In this document: in pieces, positions 13,906 to 26,995 of the stretch
Numbering within the stretch: the stretch's first letter is position 1
How the letters are laid out: each line of letters begins with the position of its first letter
DNA from: Eledone cirrhosa
Lineage: Eukaryota
Assembly (NCBI GenBank): GCA_964016885.1
Contig: OZ024745.1
Span: forward strand, 112,902,001 to 112,966,000
Direction of reading: 5' to 3'
DNA length: 64,000 nt
Position numbers and translations under genes: made by a program
The notes under the pieces: generated by a model
Seen by the model: only the letters and a program-made list of their open reading frames with translations
The model's database searches: none
What the model was told of the DNA's origin: nothing

Positions 13906-14267
13906 AGTAAAAACGCTCCATATGTTACTATCGCTTCCTTTATCAAGCATTTCATTTTGAAAACGTTGGGGTGTAATATAAGGGAAGTTTCACTTCTATT
14001 TCAAGAATGTTGTACGACCATGAATATGTTTCTACGCTTGTTCGGAAGGCGATTAGTTTATCTTCAAGAAGTGAATAACACCAAACTAACTCCACAAAAT
14101 GATATGCTATTAAAACATAAAGTAACCTATCAACTGGTTGTGAAACAGACCCCCCCCCCCCAACCTACACACACACACACAAATAAACGAACTCATGACG
14201 GGTGTGTCAAGAGATCAACACTTTATTTATTCGTCTAGATAATCCCTTGTTAGATACAACGGCATCA

Positions 14268-14567
14268 ACGGCCTGGCTTAGTTAGTGAGGATATTTGATT
14301 CTCGATTCTCAATTCTCGGCGGCGCGTTGTGTCCTTGAGCAAGACACTTTATTTCACCTTGTTGTAGTTCACTCAGCTGGCAAAAATGACTTGTACCTGT
14401 TCGAACGGCAAGCTTTGTCACATTCTGTATTATTCTGAATCTCCCTTAGAACTATGTGAAATGTGTCTTTGGAATGCTCAGTCATTTGCACGTTAATTTC
14501 ACGAACAGACTGCTCCGTTGATTGAATCAACAACTGAAACATCAACGTCGTAACCGACGGAGTGCCA
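14268..14567 (+). mobile_element. CORE-type tRNA SINE (family 2)
   Basis: GTGTCCTTGAGCAAGACACTTTATTTCAC...CACTCAGCTGGCAAAAATGA core; 3' end GTAACCGACGGAGTGCC shared with the copy at 33606. Confidence 0.8.
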
Positions 14568-15102
14568 GGGTCACCGGTAATATGATATGAAATATTTGAT
14601 GAATGATGAGAGATCTTAAAAAAAGAATAAAAACATAACTACTGAATGCTTTTAAACTATTGCGTAAGTTTCATATTTTCATACTGCTTGCTATCCTTTC
14701 ATTAACAATCGTTTAGCTGTTATTATACTGTTGTAACGCAACATAATTACATCTGACATAACCTCCGCGTTAATAAAGAATCTAACTATGTAAATAATAT
14801 CAGAAATTATTACAATAAATAAACAAATTACAAAGAAATTACTATTAATAGCATTTTACACAAAAGCTTCTCATTATCCCACCAAACCTATCTGATAAGA
14901 ACAATTGTTTTCAATTATCTACACTAACAGTTATGCACGGCTGCTCTGTATTTGTATGATTGCGATGAGGTGGTAGATTAGCAATTAAAAATTCGTTGCA
15001 TTACTACGTTCATCTGTAGTTAATACAAATTATTTTTAAGTATAGTCAACACTCGTTATTAAATTTTAGCTTGTGGAATTTTCCATAATTATTCTTTTAT
15101 GG

Positions 15103-15175
15103 CCTTCGTTCAGGCCCGCTATCCGTTATTAATACTCGATCCGGCCCGTGGAGGCAAAGAAGTTGCCGAGCCCTG
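15103..15175. mobile_element. hAT (Charlie-like) MITE terminus
   Basis: GGCCCG subterminal repeats ending in AGTTGCCGAGCCCTG; partner end not identified. Confidence 0.45.
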
Positions 15176-15649
15176 TCTTACAGGGATGTTAATTAGCCTC
15201 AATACTTGAAAGGGAAGAAAGACAACGTTGATTTCAGTAGAATTCGAAATCAGAATATGTAGAGTTGTAACAAAATACTACGAGACATTTTGTCTGACAG
15301 TCTACCGATCCTGCCACTCTACTACTTAATTTTAGTGTATTAAATCTCATAGAACAGAACACTAGAAGTATTCTCGCACCAAGAACATGATAAGACTACT
15401 GTCATTCGACCATGCAAGAATTAATACACTAAGCCTAAACTGCTAACCTTTGCACCTCATTCTAAATTCAATCCAAATGTATTGTGTTAATAGTATTCGT
15501 ACACTTTTCTACAATTACTTCTAGATTTTGAATTTTTTAAGTTGAAAACAATTTTTTATGCGCGATTTTTTTGTTAAACATCAACTTATTTATTCCCAGT
15601 CTAATTTATTAGTTCGAACTATTTGCATTGTTTCCATGCGAATTCAAAA

Positions 15650-15821
15650 CCCTTTAGGCTTTACATTACTCTATATATACTGTTGTATTTTCATGGTAAA
15701 CACTTTATCTCATAATTATCTCATATAATATTGAATCTATGAGCAGTCGGTTATGGCCGGTTTGAATAGAAATAGGTGAGAGAATTCCGACTGGATACGG
15801 CCGGTTTAAATGCTAAAGAGT
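15650..15821. mobile_element. piggyBac-type MITE, degenerate copy
   Basis: CCCTTTAGGCTTTACATTACTCTATATATAC...GGCCGGTTTAAATGCTAAAGAG; homologous to 16151-16353. Confidence 0.65.
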
Positions 15822-16150
15822 TGCGTGAAAATAGGTAGAAAGGGCACGATGTCAAAACGTAAAGCAATCGTTTGGTAGGATATTTTGAATACACGCCAAA
15901 ATATTAGGTGTTTTTTTTAAAATCTAAAATACCCACTTCCACAAGTTTTTTTGTTGAAATTCTGAGAAACATTGATTAACTTTATCAGAACTTCGATTAT
16001 GTAACTATCTTATGATACATAGTGACTTCTCAAATTACTATTTAAAGACAAACATGTTAACGGGAAAAATGCACAAAACTTGAGCCAGCCAGATTAGTTG
16101 AGTGCTAAAGGGCCCTTGGCCACACATTTCTGTCTTTTAGAATACTTTAA

Positions 16151-16353
16151 CCCTTTAGCATTTACATTACTCTATATATACTATTTGTATTTTCTCAGTA
16201 AAGGCTTTACCTTACATAATATCCAATCTAAGAGATTTCGATATTATTTATTTTGAGAACAATACCTTAACATCAGTATGAGTGGCCAATTACGGCCCGT
16301 TTGAAAAGGTGAGAGAATTCAGGCCCGATACAGCCGGTTTAAATGCTAAAGGA
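16151..16353. mobile_element. piggyBac-type MITE
   Basis: TTAA|CCCTTTAGCATTTA ... TAAATGCTAAAGGA|TTAA: TIRs plus TTAA target duplication. Confidence 0.8.
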
Positions 16354-16698
16354 TTAAGCCTGTAGCTAAAAGTATAAACAACCAGTTGACTTAAGAGGAG
16401 TTAGAAAACCTGAAATTTGAAATGTGGTCGTCTCAAGGCAAATAATTGTTTCTGATTTAGGCACAATACCAGAAATTTAGGGGATCCCAGTACATGACTG
16501 GTACTTTAGTTTATCTACCCCGTTAAGATGAAAGGCAAAGCTAGCCTCGACGGGATTTGAACTTAGAAAGAAAAGAGCCGTAACTTTCTGCTGCGAAGCA
16601 GGGTGTCCGACGCTGTACCGTACTGTCAACCCACCGCCCTTCTCAAGGCAAATAGGAGTAGAGAATATTGGGGAAAATATTTATGGAGACGGAAAAAA

Positions 16699-16768
16699 TG
16701 GACATAGGAATCGGAACCCGCACCTCTCGGATGCCGGGCGTGTACGTTAACCATTATGCCAGACATCC
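16699..16768 (-). pseudogene. tRNA-derived (Ala-like) pseudogene or SINE head followed by T6
   Basis: GGATGTCTGGCATAATGGTTAACGTACACGCCCGGCATCCGAGAGGTGCGGGTTCCGATTCCTATGTCCA then TTTTTT; A/B boxes present, anticodon and T stems mismatched. Confidence 0.55.
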
Positions 16769-16944
16769 GTGAGATGCGTTATTCGATTTCTCGTAGGCGC
16801 TTATATCCACTTTTTCCCGTTGTATTCCGTCACATTTCAAATGTCATATATATACATACATATATAATATTAGGTATAAATCGAAGTTGTAGCTGCAATA
16901 GATATATATTTATGTATTAGGATTGGTGCTCTGAAATAGCGATG

Positions 16945-17280
16945 TATATATGAATGTATGTATAGTATATTTGGCAATATACCGTATGTTTAATTAAAAC
17001 CATTTAGAATACCATACGCTTTCGGTTTTAAAGTAGTGACTATGTCTCTTACTTCTTTTCGGCGAAAGAAGGGAGAGAAGCTGACAGTCTGTTTCACGCT
17101 GTGTGGCTCTGATGATCGCCAACCAGCGTGAAACAGACTGTTAGCTGCTCTCCCTTCTTTCGCCGAAAAGAAGTAAGAGACATAGTCACTACTTTAAAAC
17201 CGAAAGCGTATGGTCTTCTAAATGTTTTTAATTAAACATACGGTATATTGCCAAATATACTATATATACATTCATATATA
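16945..17280. mobile_element. Fold-back element A: ~157-bp inverted arms with a central hammerhead
   Basis: 16945-17101 is the near-perfect reverse complement of 17124-17280; TA-rich outer ends. Confidence 0.9.
17103..17148 (+). ncRNA. Minimal type I hammerhead ribozyme
   Basis: GTGGCT-CTGATGA-T-CGC(CAACCA)GCG-T-GAA-ACAG(A)CTGT-T-AGCTGC: 6-bp stem I, GUU site (GUC in the inverted arm). Confidence 0.75.
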
Positions 17281-17902
17281 TTTATGTATATGTGTGTGCG
17301 TGTTGGGGGATGTGTCATTAATTTACGAGCTGGTTGAAGTAATAATTACAAGCAATTCATATATCAACTCGGAATTCCACTGCTCTTGTGATGGTTTATA
17401 TACTAAGCTGCAGCAATGCAGGTGGGATATTATAAGGTAACATAAATAAACAAAAGCCAGCATTAACAAGCAAGTAGACAGTCACATCATGTAAAGCCAG
17501 TGAAATATTAAACTTGATACTTCATCTAACATTTCACTTGCTCATCATGATATGATTATTAACAATTACACAAGCTAACAAGGTAGCCTCCAAGTGATCG
17601 CTCTACCTGATAGAAATAGGGGGCCCTGTGTGTGGGTGGGTGGGGTGTGGTTGGGGTTGCCTTATTCGAGTGTTGTTAACCGCCATACATTACTTCTAAC
17701 ATTGAACTATAAGTGGAACTCAAAGCGGATAGGCGGATAGTAAATTAGCTTAGGTTAACTAAACGGTAACTGACCGGCCAACTGAGCGGACTCTACTTGT
17801 TTAATTATACTTTAAACATTTTTATACACTCAGTTTTATATATATAGGTGTATATATTTATATGTATATATATATATGTATATATATATGTATATATATA
17901 TG

Positions 17903-18003
<101 letters not shown>

Positions 18004-18043
18004 GATATTAAACAAATGGAAACTATATTTATAAAACCATATT

Positions 18044-18118
18044 TATTTCATTATACATATTTCAGGGATACCATATTAAAAATATTAAAAATATCGCATA
18101 CCTTCGTCAGATAAAATA
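18044..18118 (-). ncRNA. Type I hammerhead (family B)
   Basis: Inverted copy of 19823-19888 with a small stem II loop duplication. Confidence 0.75.
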
Positions 18119-18568
18119 CAATATATAAACAGTTTTATAAATAATTTTAATGTACCATGATATAAGCGACCATTAAATTAGGAGGCTGCCTTGGTAGTGA
18201 AGTGTTTATAATTATTTAGTTATAGTGTTAAGCAGAGTTAGAAAAAAGACGGAGAAAAAGAAGAAAGGAGGTAAAGAAAAACAGAGAGAGAGAGGGGAGA
18301 GAGAAAGAAGGAGGAGGTGAAAAAAGAGAGGCAACCGAAAGCAACAGACAAATAATAATAATTCACCATACAAATAATATAGACATATACATGACTTTAC
18401 GTAATCAACTCTATAATTTCTTATGTCATAAAAAGAATTTCTTGTTTTATAAAAAATTTCACTATATATATACATAAAAAATAAACGATTAATATTCATG
18501 CGCTCACATATATGATTACCGTTCATGTATTTAATATTATGCATATCTGTAACATATACAGAACTATA

Positions 18569-18607
<39 letters not shown>

Positions 18608-19822
18608 ATATACAAGATATCTGCGTGAGTATTCCAGCATCTCTATGCACATATACAGACCCATGATCACATAAAATAAACTCTATAATCCTTCTATATG
18701 CATGTTAATATACATATGGCCTTTGTATAGAGATAATCAAATATCAATATACCAGCACAGAAACATCAAAACGCTAAAATATTTTCAACATACTATAGGG
18801 TCAAAAACAATATGCTTCATATATGTGAGCGCATGAATATTAATCGTTTATATATATCGTTTATGTATATATATAGTGAAATTTTTTATAACACAAGAAA
18901 TTTTTTTATGACACAAGAAATTATAGAGTTGATCACGTAAAGTCATGTATATGTCTATATTATTGACTAAAGCTAGACATAACTTTCTCTTTTTTTTTTT
19001 TCAGAGAGTACAAATATGTATATATATATATATACATATATATTTCCGTATTTTTATAAATAGGGTAATTTTTTGAATGTTTATCTCAAATTTTGGTACA
19101 TTGACCTAAACTAAACATATGGTCATTATTGAACAAAGTTATTTTCTCATATTATATATCTATGTCTCATTCATGAATATTGATATTTACATTCTATTAT
19201 CCATTTCATATGAATTGATAATTCAAATTGATATGACATGACGTAAAGATGTAACTGTATCCTTCTCTCTCTATATATTGCTCTTTCTCCTCTCTCTTTA
19301 TATATGATGAAGTATTATGTATCTGTCGCTTTGGTTTTGCCTCTCATATTTCTCTCTTATTTCTCTCTTGGTTTTTCACTTCCCCCTATCTAGTTATATT
19401 TTCTCTCTCTCTTTCTTGTCCTCCCCCCTCTCTCTCTCTCAGTTTTATCTTTATCTCCATTTTTTCTGTTTCTCCGTCTTTTCTCTAACTGTGCTTAACA
19501 CTATAACTAAATAATTATTGTACTCTCTCTCTATATAGTACTCCCTCTCCCTTGAATCTCTCTATTTGTATGGTGAATTATTATTATTTGTCTGTTGCTT
19601 TCGGTTGTCTCTCTTTTTTCACCTCCTCCTTCTTTCTCTCTCTCCCCTCGCTCTCTCTGTTTTTCTTTACCTCCTTTCTTCTTTTTCTCCGTCTTTTTTC
19701 TAACTCTGCTTAACACCATAACTAAATAATTATAAACACTTCACTACCAAGGCAGCCTCCTAATTTAATGGTCGCTTATATCATGGTACGTTAAAATTAT
19801 TTATAAAACTATTTATATATTG

Positions 19823-19888
19823 TATTTTATCTGACGAAGGCATGCCATATTTTTAATATGGTATCCCTGAAATATGTATAATGAAATA
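19823..19888 (+). ncRNA. Type I hammerhead (family B)
   Basis: TATTTTAT-CTGACGA-AGG C ATGCCATATT(TTT)AATATGGTAT C CCT-GAA-ATATGTAT-A-ATGAAATA: 8-bp stem I, AUA site. Confidence 0.8.
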
Positions 19889-20413
19889 AATATGGTTTTA
19901 TAAATATAGTTTCCATTTGTTTAATATCGTATATCTACTCCAAAAACTTGTCGAGTGCTTTATATCAGTTATAAAATATTTACTTGTTGTAACCCAACAA
20001 TTTTAAATAAAACTCTTGCATATATATATATATATATATATATATGTAGATAAATCTACCAAGAGTTTACGGTAGTGTCCAATCCGTGAGTGTACGATTA
20101 TGTGAGTGTACGATTATGTGTGAGTATATGAATGTGTATACATTTATTTCATATTTATGTGTCTATACGCATTTTATCTGTGGATTATAGACTTACAGAG
20201 ACATTAGCCTTGAATTTTTGTATTTGCATACATCTTTTTGGCATGCGTATGCATGTGAACATATATCTTTATGTAAATATGTGTATGAAGTTAATTACAT
20301 GTATATACACACACCAAACTGCATAACATTTTTTGTATTTTCATTGGTCAATTTGAACTCTGTTCCCAAACGGACCTGAAATTTTGAATTGTTGTTATTA
20401 TCAATAAATATAT

Positions 20414-20568
20414 TTCATTATTTCTGAAGACGGCATATATATGTGTTGGGTATGTATATTTAATTTTGATAGTTTGTATAATTTTGTATAATTTTGTACA
20501 TAGATCTGTTGAATATGCATGCCAATTCTAACACATATATATCCTAGAAACGATCGTTAAATAATGAA
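20414..20568 (+). ncRNA. Type I hammerhead with very long stem II
   Basis: TTCATTATTT-CTGAAGA-[CGGCATATATATGTGTTGGG...TCTAACACATATATATCCTA]-GAA-ACGATCGT-T-AAATAATGAA: perfect 10-bp stem I, palindromic stem III. (TA)n about 60 nt downstream. Confidence 0.75.
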
Positions 20569-20622
20569 CTTTTTTTGTTTAATATAAGGAACTGTTTCAT
20601 TGTTTTATTCATTATTTGTTTA

Positions 20623-20675
<53 letters not shown>

Positions 20676-20712
20676 TAAAATAACAGATTAAAGTTTAAGC
20701 AAAGAATCGCTG

Positions 20713-20813
<101 letters not shown>

Positions 20814-20910
20814 GTATATATATATATTAGAGCCGCTGCTTATATATATATATATATATATATATATACTCATATATATATACATATGTATATATATATT
20901 AGAGCCGCTG

Positions 20911-20995
<85 letters not shown>

Positions 20996-21260
20996 TCATA
21001 TATATATACATATGTATATATATAAAAGAGCCGATTTTCTAAGCGTGGCGCCAGTTTTGGTCACAGAATATTTTTAATATGATATATTATTAAAACTTAT
21101 ACGTCACCTTATATTTAACTATCATTTAGTCACTTAATGTCATCCATCTTCGAGGCTCTGTGTCTCCATATGCTTCTGACCTCCACAGTTGATTGTTCTT
21201 TTGTTGCTAATTAATCATAATATAGTGATTTATTACCACATCTACTATTGTTGTTGTTAT

Positions 21261-21607
21261 TTGTTTCTACTTTAGGCACAAGGCCAGCAATTATCCAGTG
21301 CATTACTGGTACTTTATTTCATCGACCCCGTAAGGATGAAAGGCAAAGTCAACCTCGGCGGGATTTAAACTCAGATCGTAAAGGGACGTAACTATGCTGG
21401 AAAACATGGCGTCCGACCCTCTACCGATACTGCCAATCCACCACCTATTGTTGTTGTTATTGTTATTATTCTGGTCGCTTCTGCTGCATCTCATGTTTTT
21501 TATTGTTCTTGTCCATATCATCATCATCATCGATATAATTATTATGCTTCTGCGTATGTAACGGGGATAGAGACAGGGTAAAGGACGGAAAGTTTTGACG
21601 AGAGGGG

Positions 21608-21662
<55 letters not shown>

Positions 21663-21852
21663 ATAATTGTTTCTACTTTAGGCACAAGGCCAGCAATTAC
21701 CCAGTGCATTACTGGTACTTTATTTTATCGACCCCGTAAGGATGAAAAGCAAAGTCAACCTCGGCGGGATTTGAAATCAGATCGTAAAGGGACGTAACTA
21801 TGCTGGAAAGCATGGCGTCCGATCCTCTACTGATACTGCCAATCCACCGCCT
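21261..21852 (-). mobile_element. Two SINE family 1 copies (21261-21447, 21663-21852)
   Basis: Full-length reverse-complement consensus; same CCAGCATAGTTACGTCCC subfamily as 6727 and 54808. Confidence 0.9.
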
Positions 21853-21875
21853 ATTATATATATATATAATAATAA

Positions 21876-22507
21876 TAATAAATTTGAAGACTAAAATCCA
21901 AAGAGGGCTCGATATGGATAAATATATATCAAATATATAAGAACCGTAGAGCAAATATTTATTAAAATAACAGATTAAAGTTTAAGCAAAGAATCGCTGC
22001 TTTCACCCTTAACGGGATCTTCTGAAACTAACAAAGTCAATCTGTGAACGCAGAAGAAAATATTTCAAAAAACGTTGCAACCGGAAGAAGACAGGAAGAC
22101 GATACTTTGGTTCGTGGAAACGTTCCCTGGCAAAGAACGGGAAAAAACGAATAATACGTCATTAATAGGAGCGGTGAAAAACAATTACGCGCAAAGACAG
22201 AACCACGTTTTTGGTATAAAAGAGGTCGTAGACTAATGTTCTCTTAGGTGGTTCAGAGAGACGTTCTCTGGCAATGAACGAAAAAAAACGAAGATAATAC
22301 GTCATATGTGGAGCGTGGAGAACAATTGCACGCAAAGACAAAAACACGTAAATGGTATAACTGAAGTCGTAGACTAAAATTCTAACTAGGAGACCGAATG
22401 ATTCTCCGCTTCAGAGTTAAGAACAAAGTAAATAAATACAATACAGAGGTAATTGAAATTAAATAAGGGTGAAAGCAGTGATTCTTTGCTTAAACTTTAA
22501 TCTGTTA

Positions 22508-22514
<7 letters not shown>
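21876..22514 (-). mobile_element. Fold-back element family E with hammerhead and internal ~140-bp direct repeats
   Basis: 21961-22010 inverted at 22465-22514; internal repeats ~22108-22245 and ~22249-22388; related pieces at 20673-20716 and 44752-44825; (TA)n flanks. Confidence 0.75.
21979..22029 (-). ncRNA. Type I hammerhead-like motif, CAGAAGA core variant
   Basis: AGTTT-CAGAAGA-T-CCC(GTTAA)GGG-T-GAA-AGCA(GCGATTCTT)TGCT-T-AAACT; CUU site. Confidence 0.6.
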
Positions 22515-22577
<63 letters not shown>

Positions 22578-23922
22578 AAGGGTGTTGATGGGGAAGGCGA
22601 ATATAGTAGCGGTGTGAGGTAGAAGGTGAAAGACAGAAAGAAAGTGAGAGGGAATGATACTTATTGGCAAACGCAATCAAACGCACGTACACTCATACAC
22701 ACACGTACACACATGCACACACATACACACATATATGAACTGCTGTAGGGATATTGGTAAATGCAGATGACGGTAATAGTAGTAAGGAGAGAAAGACAAA
22801 AACTGTATTTTTTTTCTGCAATCTTTTTTTTCAAAATCACCAATCATTAACGCATGCGCTTTAGTGCAATCAACTATGGTCATCGTGACTGAACTTTTAC
22901 AAAGAACTTAGTCTCTACTTATATTACCTTATTCAATGACAATTAACAAAGCAGAGGGTAAAATATTTAATGAGATAGGAATTTACTTGTTACAACCAAT
23001 ATTTAGTCGTTATATGTTAAATTCTCTAGAGTAGGAAATTAATTGACGTCTTGTTAGGATAGTTAATACCAATAGACTAGGGAATCAAAAATAAAAGCAG
23101 TATCACCAAAAGTATTCCATATAAAGAACTATTAAATTAAGGGTATAAATTCAGATAATTATAATTAATGGAATAATGATGAAATGACAAATATATCCCA
23201 GAGTAATTATTCTGTCTGAGCTCTCAACGACGATGTACGTTTTACTCTATTTAATAGATACCTCGACATTTGTTAAATCAGTTTTTTTGTCTAATTCCCA
23301 CATGTTTCTTTATTCATGATGATTGGTTTTATTTATATTCCTGTATTCTATGTGACTTTAGTATATTATGTTCCTTTCTCTGAATGTTTAAAGCTAAGGT
23401 TTCCAGTTCTTTGTTATCAGCAGTAGCCTTTCTAGACGAGTCGGATATTTCGAATATCATTGGGAGTATCTATCGAGGAACTGTCAAATATTTTAGATAT
23501 TCATTCTATGTGGTTTCCGGTTGTTTCAATTTTGTACACTAAACATTCCTCTTTTTACTAATTTAACCTTCCAATATTTTACAGGTCTTAGGTTTGTTTG
23601 AATTATATAACATTATCAAGAACTAGATAAAAACAAATTGCCCGTGAAGATTTACCCGCTTTCGATACTATCCCTTTCCATCACAGATTTTCGACTGTTG
23701 ACATTATATTGAGTTATGTTTTGTTTTTATCTAGTTCTATTCTTGGTAATTTTTATGTTGGGCTGAAAGGTAAAGTATTCGCTTTGTTCTAGCATTTCAT
23801 AACACCCGATTATTGTTTCTGCCTAACAATTATTTTACACAAGCCTTTGTAAAAGACACTTAGCCAAAGTGCCGCACAGTGGAATTGAATTCGGAGGTGA
23901 ACACACATCAATGTTATATACT

Positions 23923-24116
23923 AATAATTGTTTCTACTTTAGGCACAAGGCCAGCAATTACCCAGTGCATTACTGGTACTTTATTTTATCGACCCTGTAA
24001 GGATGAAAGGCAAAGCTAACCTCGCCGGGATTTGAACTCAGAACGTAAAGGACCATAACTCTATGCCGCAAAGCATATTGTCCGACGCTCTACTGATAGT
24101 GCCAATCCACCGCCCT
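23923..24116 (-). mobile_element. SINE family 1 copy
   Basis: Full-length reverse-complement consensus. Confidence 0.9.
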
Positions 24117-24502
24117 AATAATACGATCACTGTTATCATTACCTCATTACTAAATCATCACGACTCTTACCCGCGTTTCTTTCTACGCTCCTTCACTATT
24201 GCTACTAACCATGTCTTATACTAATAATATAATGCATCCATTACTGTTGTGCGTATGAGGTGATTAAGTAAAATCATGAATTGTATAATTATTATGCAAG
24301 TGTTATAATTATGATACTCCTTATCCTTCTTCCACTCATACATAATATTCCTCCTCCTCCTCCTCCCCCCTCCTCCTCCTTCTCCTCCTCCTCACCTTTA
24401 TATCTTTATTGTCATCAACATGGTAATCTGAGAATAACATTTAATTTATGCTACATCTTTTTACACTTTAAAATTTGTTCAAAATGATTTGAAAAGGTTT
24501 CG

Positions 24503-24568
<66 letters not shown>

Positions 24569-24573
<5 letters not shown>

Positions 24574-25156
24574 AATTAGTATTTTTCAATCTAGCTAACT
24601 TGGTCATTTGCAATGCGAACACATGTATACTTGTATCAGTGTTTATCCCTATCATATATTCATTTGTATTACACGGCTCAGAAATATTCCTTTCTTTGAG
24701 CTATTTAATTGTAAAAGACTATTTGAGTTTATAACTCCATATATAATATTCTCGGCTCCATGCGTTGAGCTAATTTTTAGTCCCATAAAACCGGCTGCTA
24801 TTTTTAGCGACACGACTATAGGACGGGCTAGACGCTGGGACACATGTGCGTTCAACAACACATTTCTCTCAGTCTTCTTAAGTATTTTGAAGTGAAACTT
24901 ACCAATTTCTGGATGCCTGCAGAAGAGCACAGGAATAGGAACTTTCACTTAATTGTTGCGAAACAAATTTAAAATTTGTCCAGGTATCACGGCTGTTGCC
25001 AATATAGGTTTGTTTTTATTGATTTATTATTTTAAATCGAGACAGGCAAACCGTATTATTTTAATTAGTATTTTTCAATCTAGCTAACTTGGTCATTTGC
25101 AATGCAAACACATGTATACTTGTATCAGTGTTTATCCCTATCATATATATTCATTT
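24569..25156 (+). mobile_element. (TA)n-flanked non-coding element with ~97-bp direct terminal repeats and an internal hammerhead
   Basis: 24569-24665 repeated at 25058-25156 (offset 489). Confidence 0.8.
24912..24988 (+). ncRNA. Type I hammerhead-like motif, CAGAAGA core variant
   Basis: GATGCCTG-CAGAAGA-GCACA...TGTTGC-GAA-ACAAATTT(A)AAATTTGT-C-CAGGTATC: 8-bp stem I, G-C closing stem II, GUC site. Confidence 0.7.
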
Positions 25157-25354
25157 ATATATATATATATATATATTTATATAGTTCACTTGAAGCATTG
25201 TGTAATGAGGTATAAACGTTTGTATATGTATAATAAAGCCAAAACAATGCAGGTATGGACATAGAATAAAGAATGCAAATGCAAAAGATATTGTTGACAA
25301 TTAGTCTTTTACCTTAGATTTATTTAAATGTCCTTATTTTTCGAGATAATATCT

Positions 25355-25470
<116 letters not shown>

Positions 25471-25483
25471 TATATATATATAT

Positions 25484-26770
25484 CAGGGTGCGGACGATAT
25501 TTGTTTGCAAGATTACTGTCTAGGAAAAAATAACACAGTAGTTTTATTTTTTAAGATATATTTATTAAACTTGGGTCAGTTTGTCTTCATGACTTGTTCT
25601 TTCGATCTCACTCGATAAACCCGCCATTGGCTTTGATGACGGCCTCAAGGCGGCCTCAGAACCGGCTATAGGTCTTCGTCACTGTCCCCCGACTTAGGAC
25701 CCTAAAGGCACTTGCGGTCCTGGCCTTCAGATCGTCTTTCGTATTGCAGCTAGATCTGTTGGTGTCTCGTTCCACTGTGCCCCACACAAAGAAGTCGAGG
25801 GGGTTGCAGTCAGGCGAGCTGGGAGGCCAAATGTCAGGTGAAGTGTGGTCGACCAAGTTCTCTGACAGCCAGGCTTGGGTCTTTCGGCTGGTATGGCAGG
25901 GCGCTGAGTCTTGCTGCCACACGTACGGCCTATCTGCAGCTACCTGGTCGATCCAGGGCTTTAATACCTCGCTCAGAACGCGTTGGTAGCCATCGGTGTT
26001 CAGCTTGAGGCCCTCAGGGAAGAGATGAGGTGGCATGACGTCACCTTGACTGCTGATGTCACCTAAGACCAATGTTGTCGCTGGAAACTTTGTCTGCATG
26101 ACTCTGGGCACGTCTTTGGATGAGACAGCGAGCCACCTGTTGTTCTGGGAGTTGATCTTCTGGTCTTGGCAGAAGTTTTTCTCGTCGGAGAAAAACCACA
26201 GCATGTCTGGCTCCAGTGGGTGTTTCAACTTGTTGATCAGTCTCTTTGCGTACTTCAGTCACTTTTCTTGCATCGCCTTTGACAGAAATTGTCCTTTCCT
26301 CATCTTGTATGAAACATAACGAATGTCTTTATGTACCACCAGCCTAATGAGCTTTTCATCCACGCCTTTCTCCCTTGCAATGGCACGCATCGACTTGCTA
26401 GGTTCATTGTTGATGATATCCAGAACTTCAGCGACGAACTCGGGCGTTCTGAAGGCGTCAGATCGTCGATCATGTGTTTTCCTCTCTGATGTTGCTTCGT
26501 AGTCGAATTGTGAATCTTCCAATTCCTTTCTGACCTTTTCTGACGCTGAGAAAGTCTGAAGTTTCCTTATTTGTCCTCCCGGCGCGGATTCCAAGAAGAG
26601 CTCCGTGTCTCTTCCACAAATTTGGAGGTTCAAAATTATTCATAATCAATTATTCTGAAAATAAATAATGGAAATATAGTCACTGTTTTTATGAAGATAA
26701 GAGTGACAACGTAAGTAAAAAAAAATTGCATAAAATTAGCAGTTGAAAATTACGAACAAATATCGTCCAC

Positions 26771-26776
<6 letters not shown>
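25484..26776 (-). mobile_element. Tc1/mariner superfamily DD37D (maT) DNA transposon, ~1.3 kb
   Basis: TIRs CAGGGTGCGGACGATATTTGTT / AACAAATATCGTCCACACCCTA inside (TA)n; transposase motifs FSDEK, QQDSAPCH, WPPSSPDCNPLD with 37 residues between the second and third Asp. Confidence 0.93.
25608..26633 (-). pseudogene. DD37D transposase pseudogene
   Basis: HTH part (ORF 26259-26633, KSMRAIARE.GV) and DDD part (25656-26228) in different frames, frameshift near 26260; premature TGA at 25656-25658 before RLEAVIKANGGFIE*. Confidence 0.88.
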
Positions 26777-26841
<65 letters not shown>

Positions 26842-26921
26842 TTATTTCATTAAGGTTAACTAGTAAGTTTTATTACTCTAGAGTTGTACGTGTTTCTCAC
26901 AGTGTCATCAGATATAGATAG

Positions 26922-26995
<74 letters not shown>

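Noticed and set aside
16699-16768. Functional tRNA gene
   Set aside because: Anticodon and T stems are mismatched and the T loop is irregular.
22930-23740. Possible decayed Penelope ORF (KSIPY, LVYKI-like words) and 19-bp inverted repeat near 23619/23720
   Set aside because: Matches are too short, on opposite strands and riddled with stops.
25656-26228. Active transposase gene
   Set aside because: Frameshift near 26260 and a premature stop.
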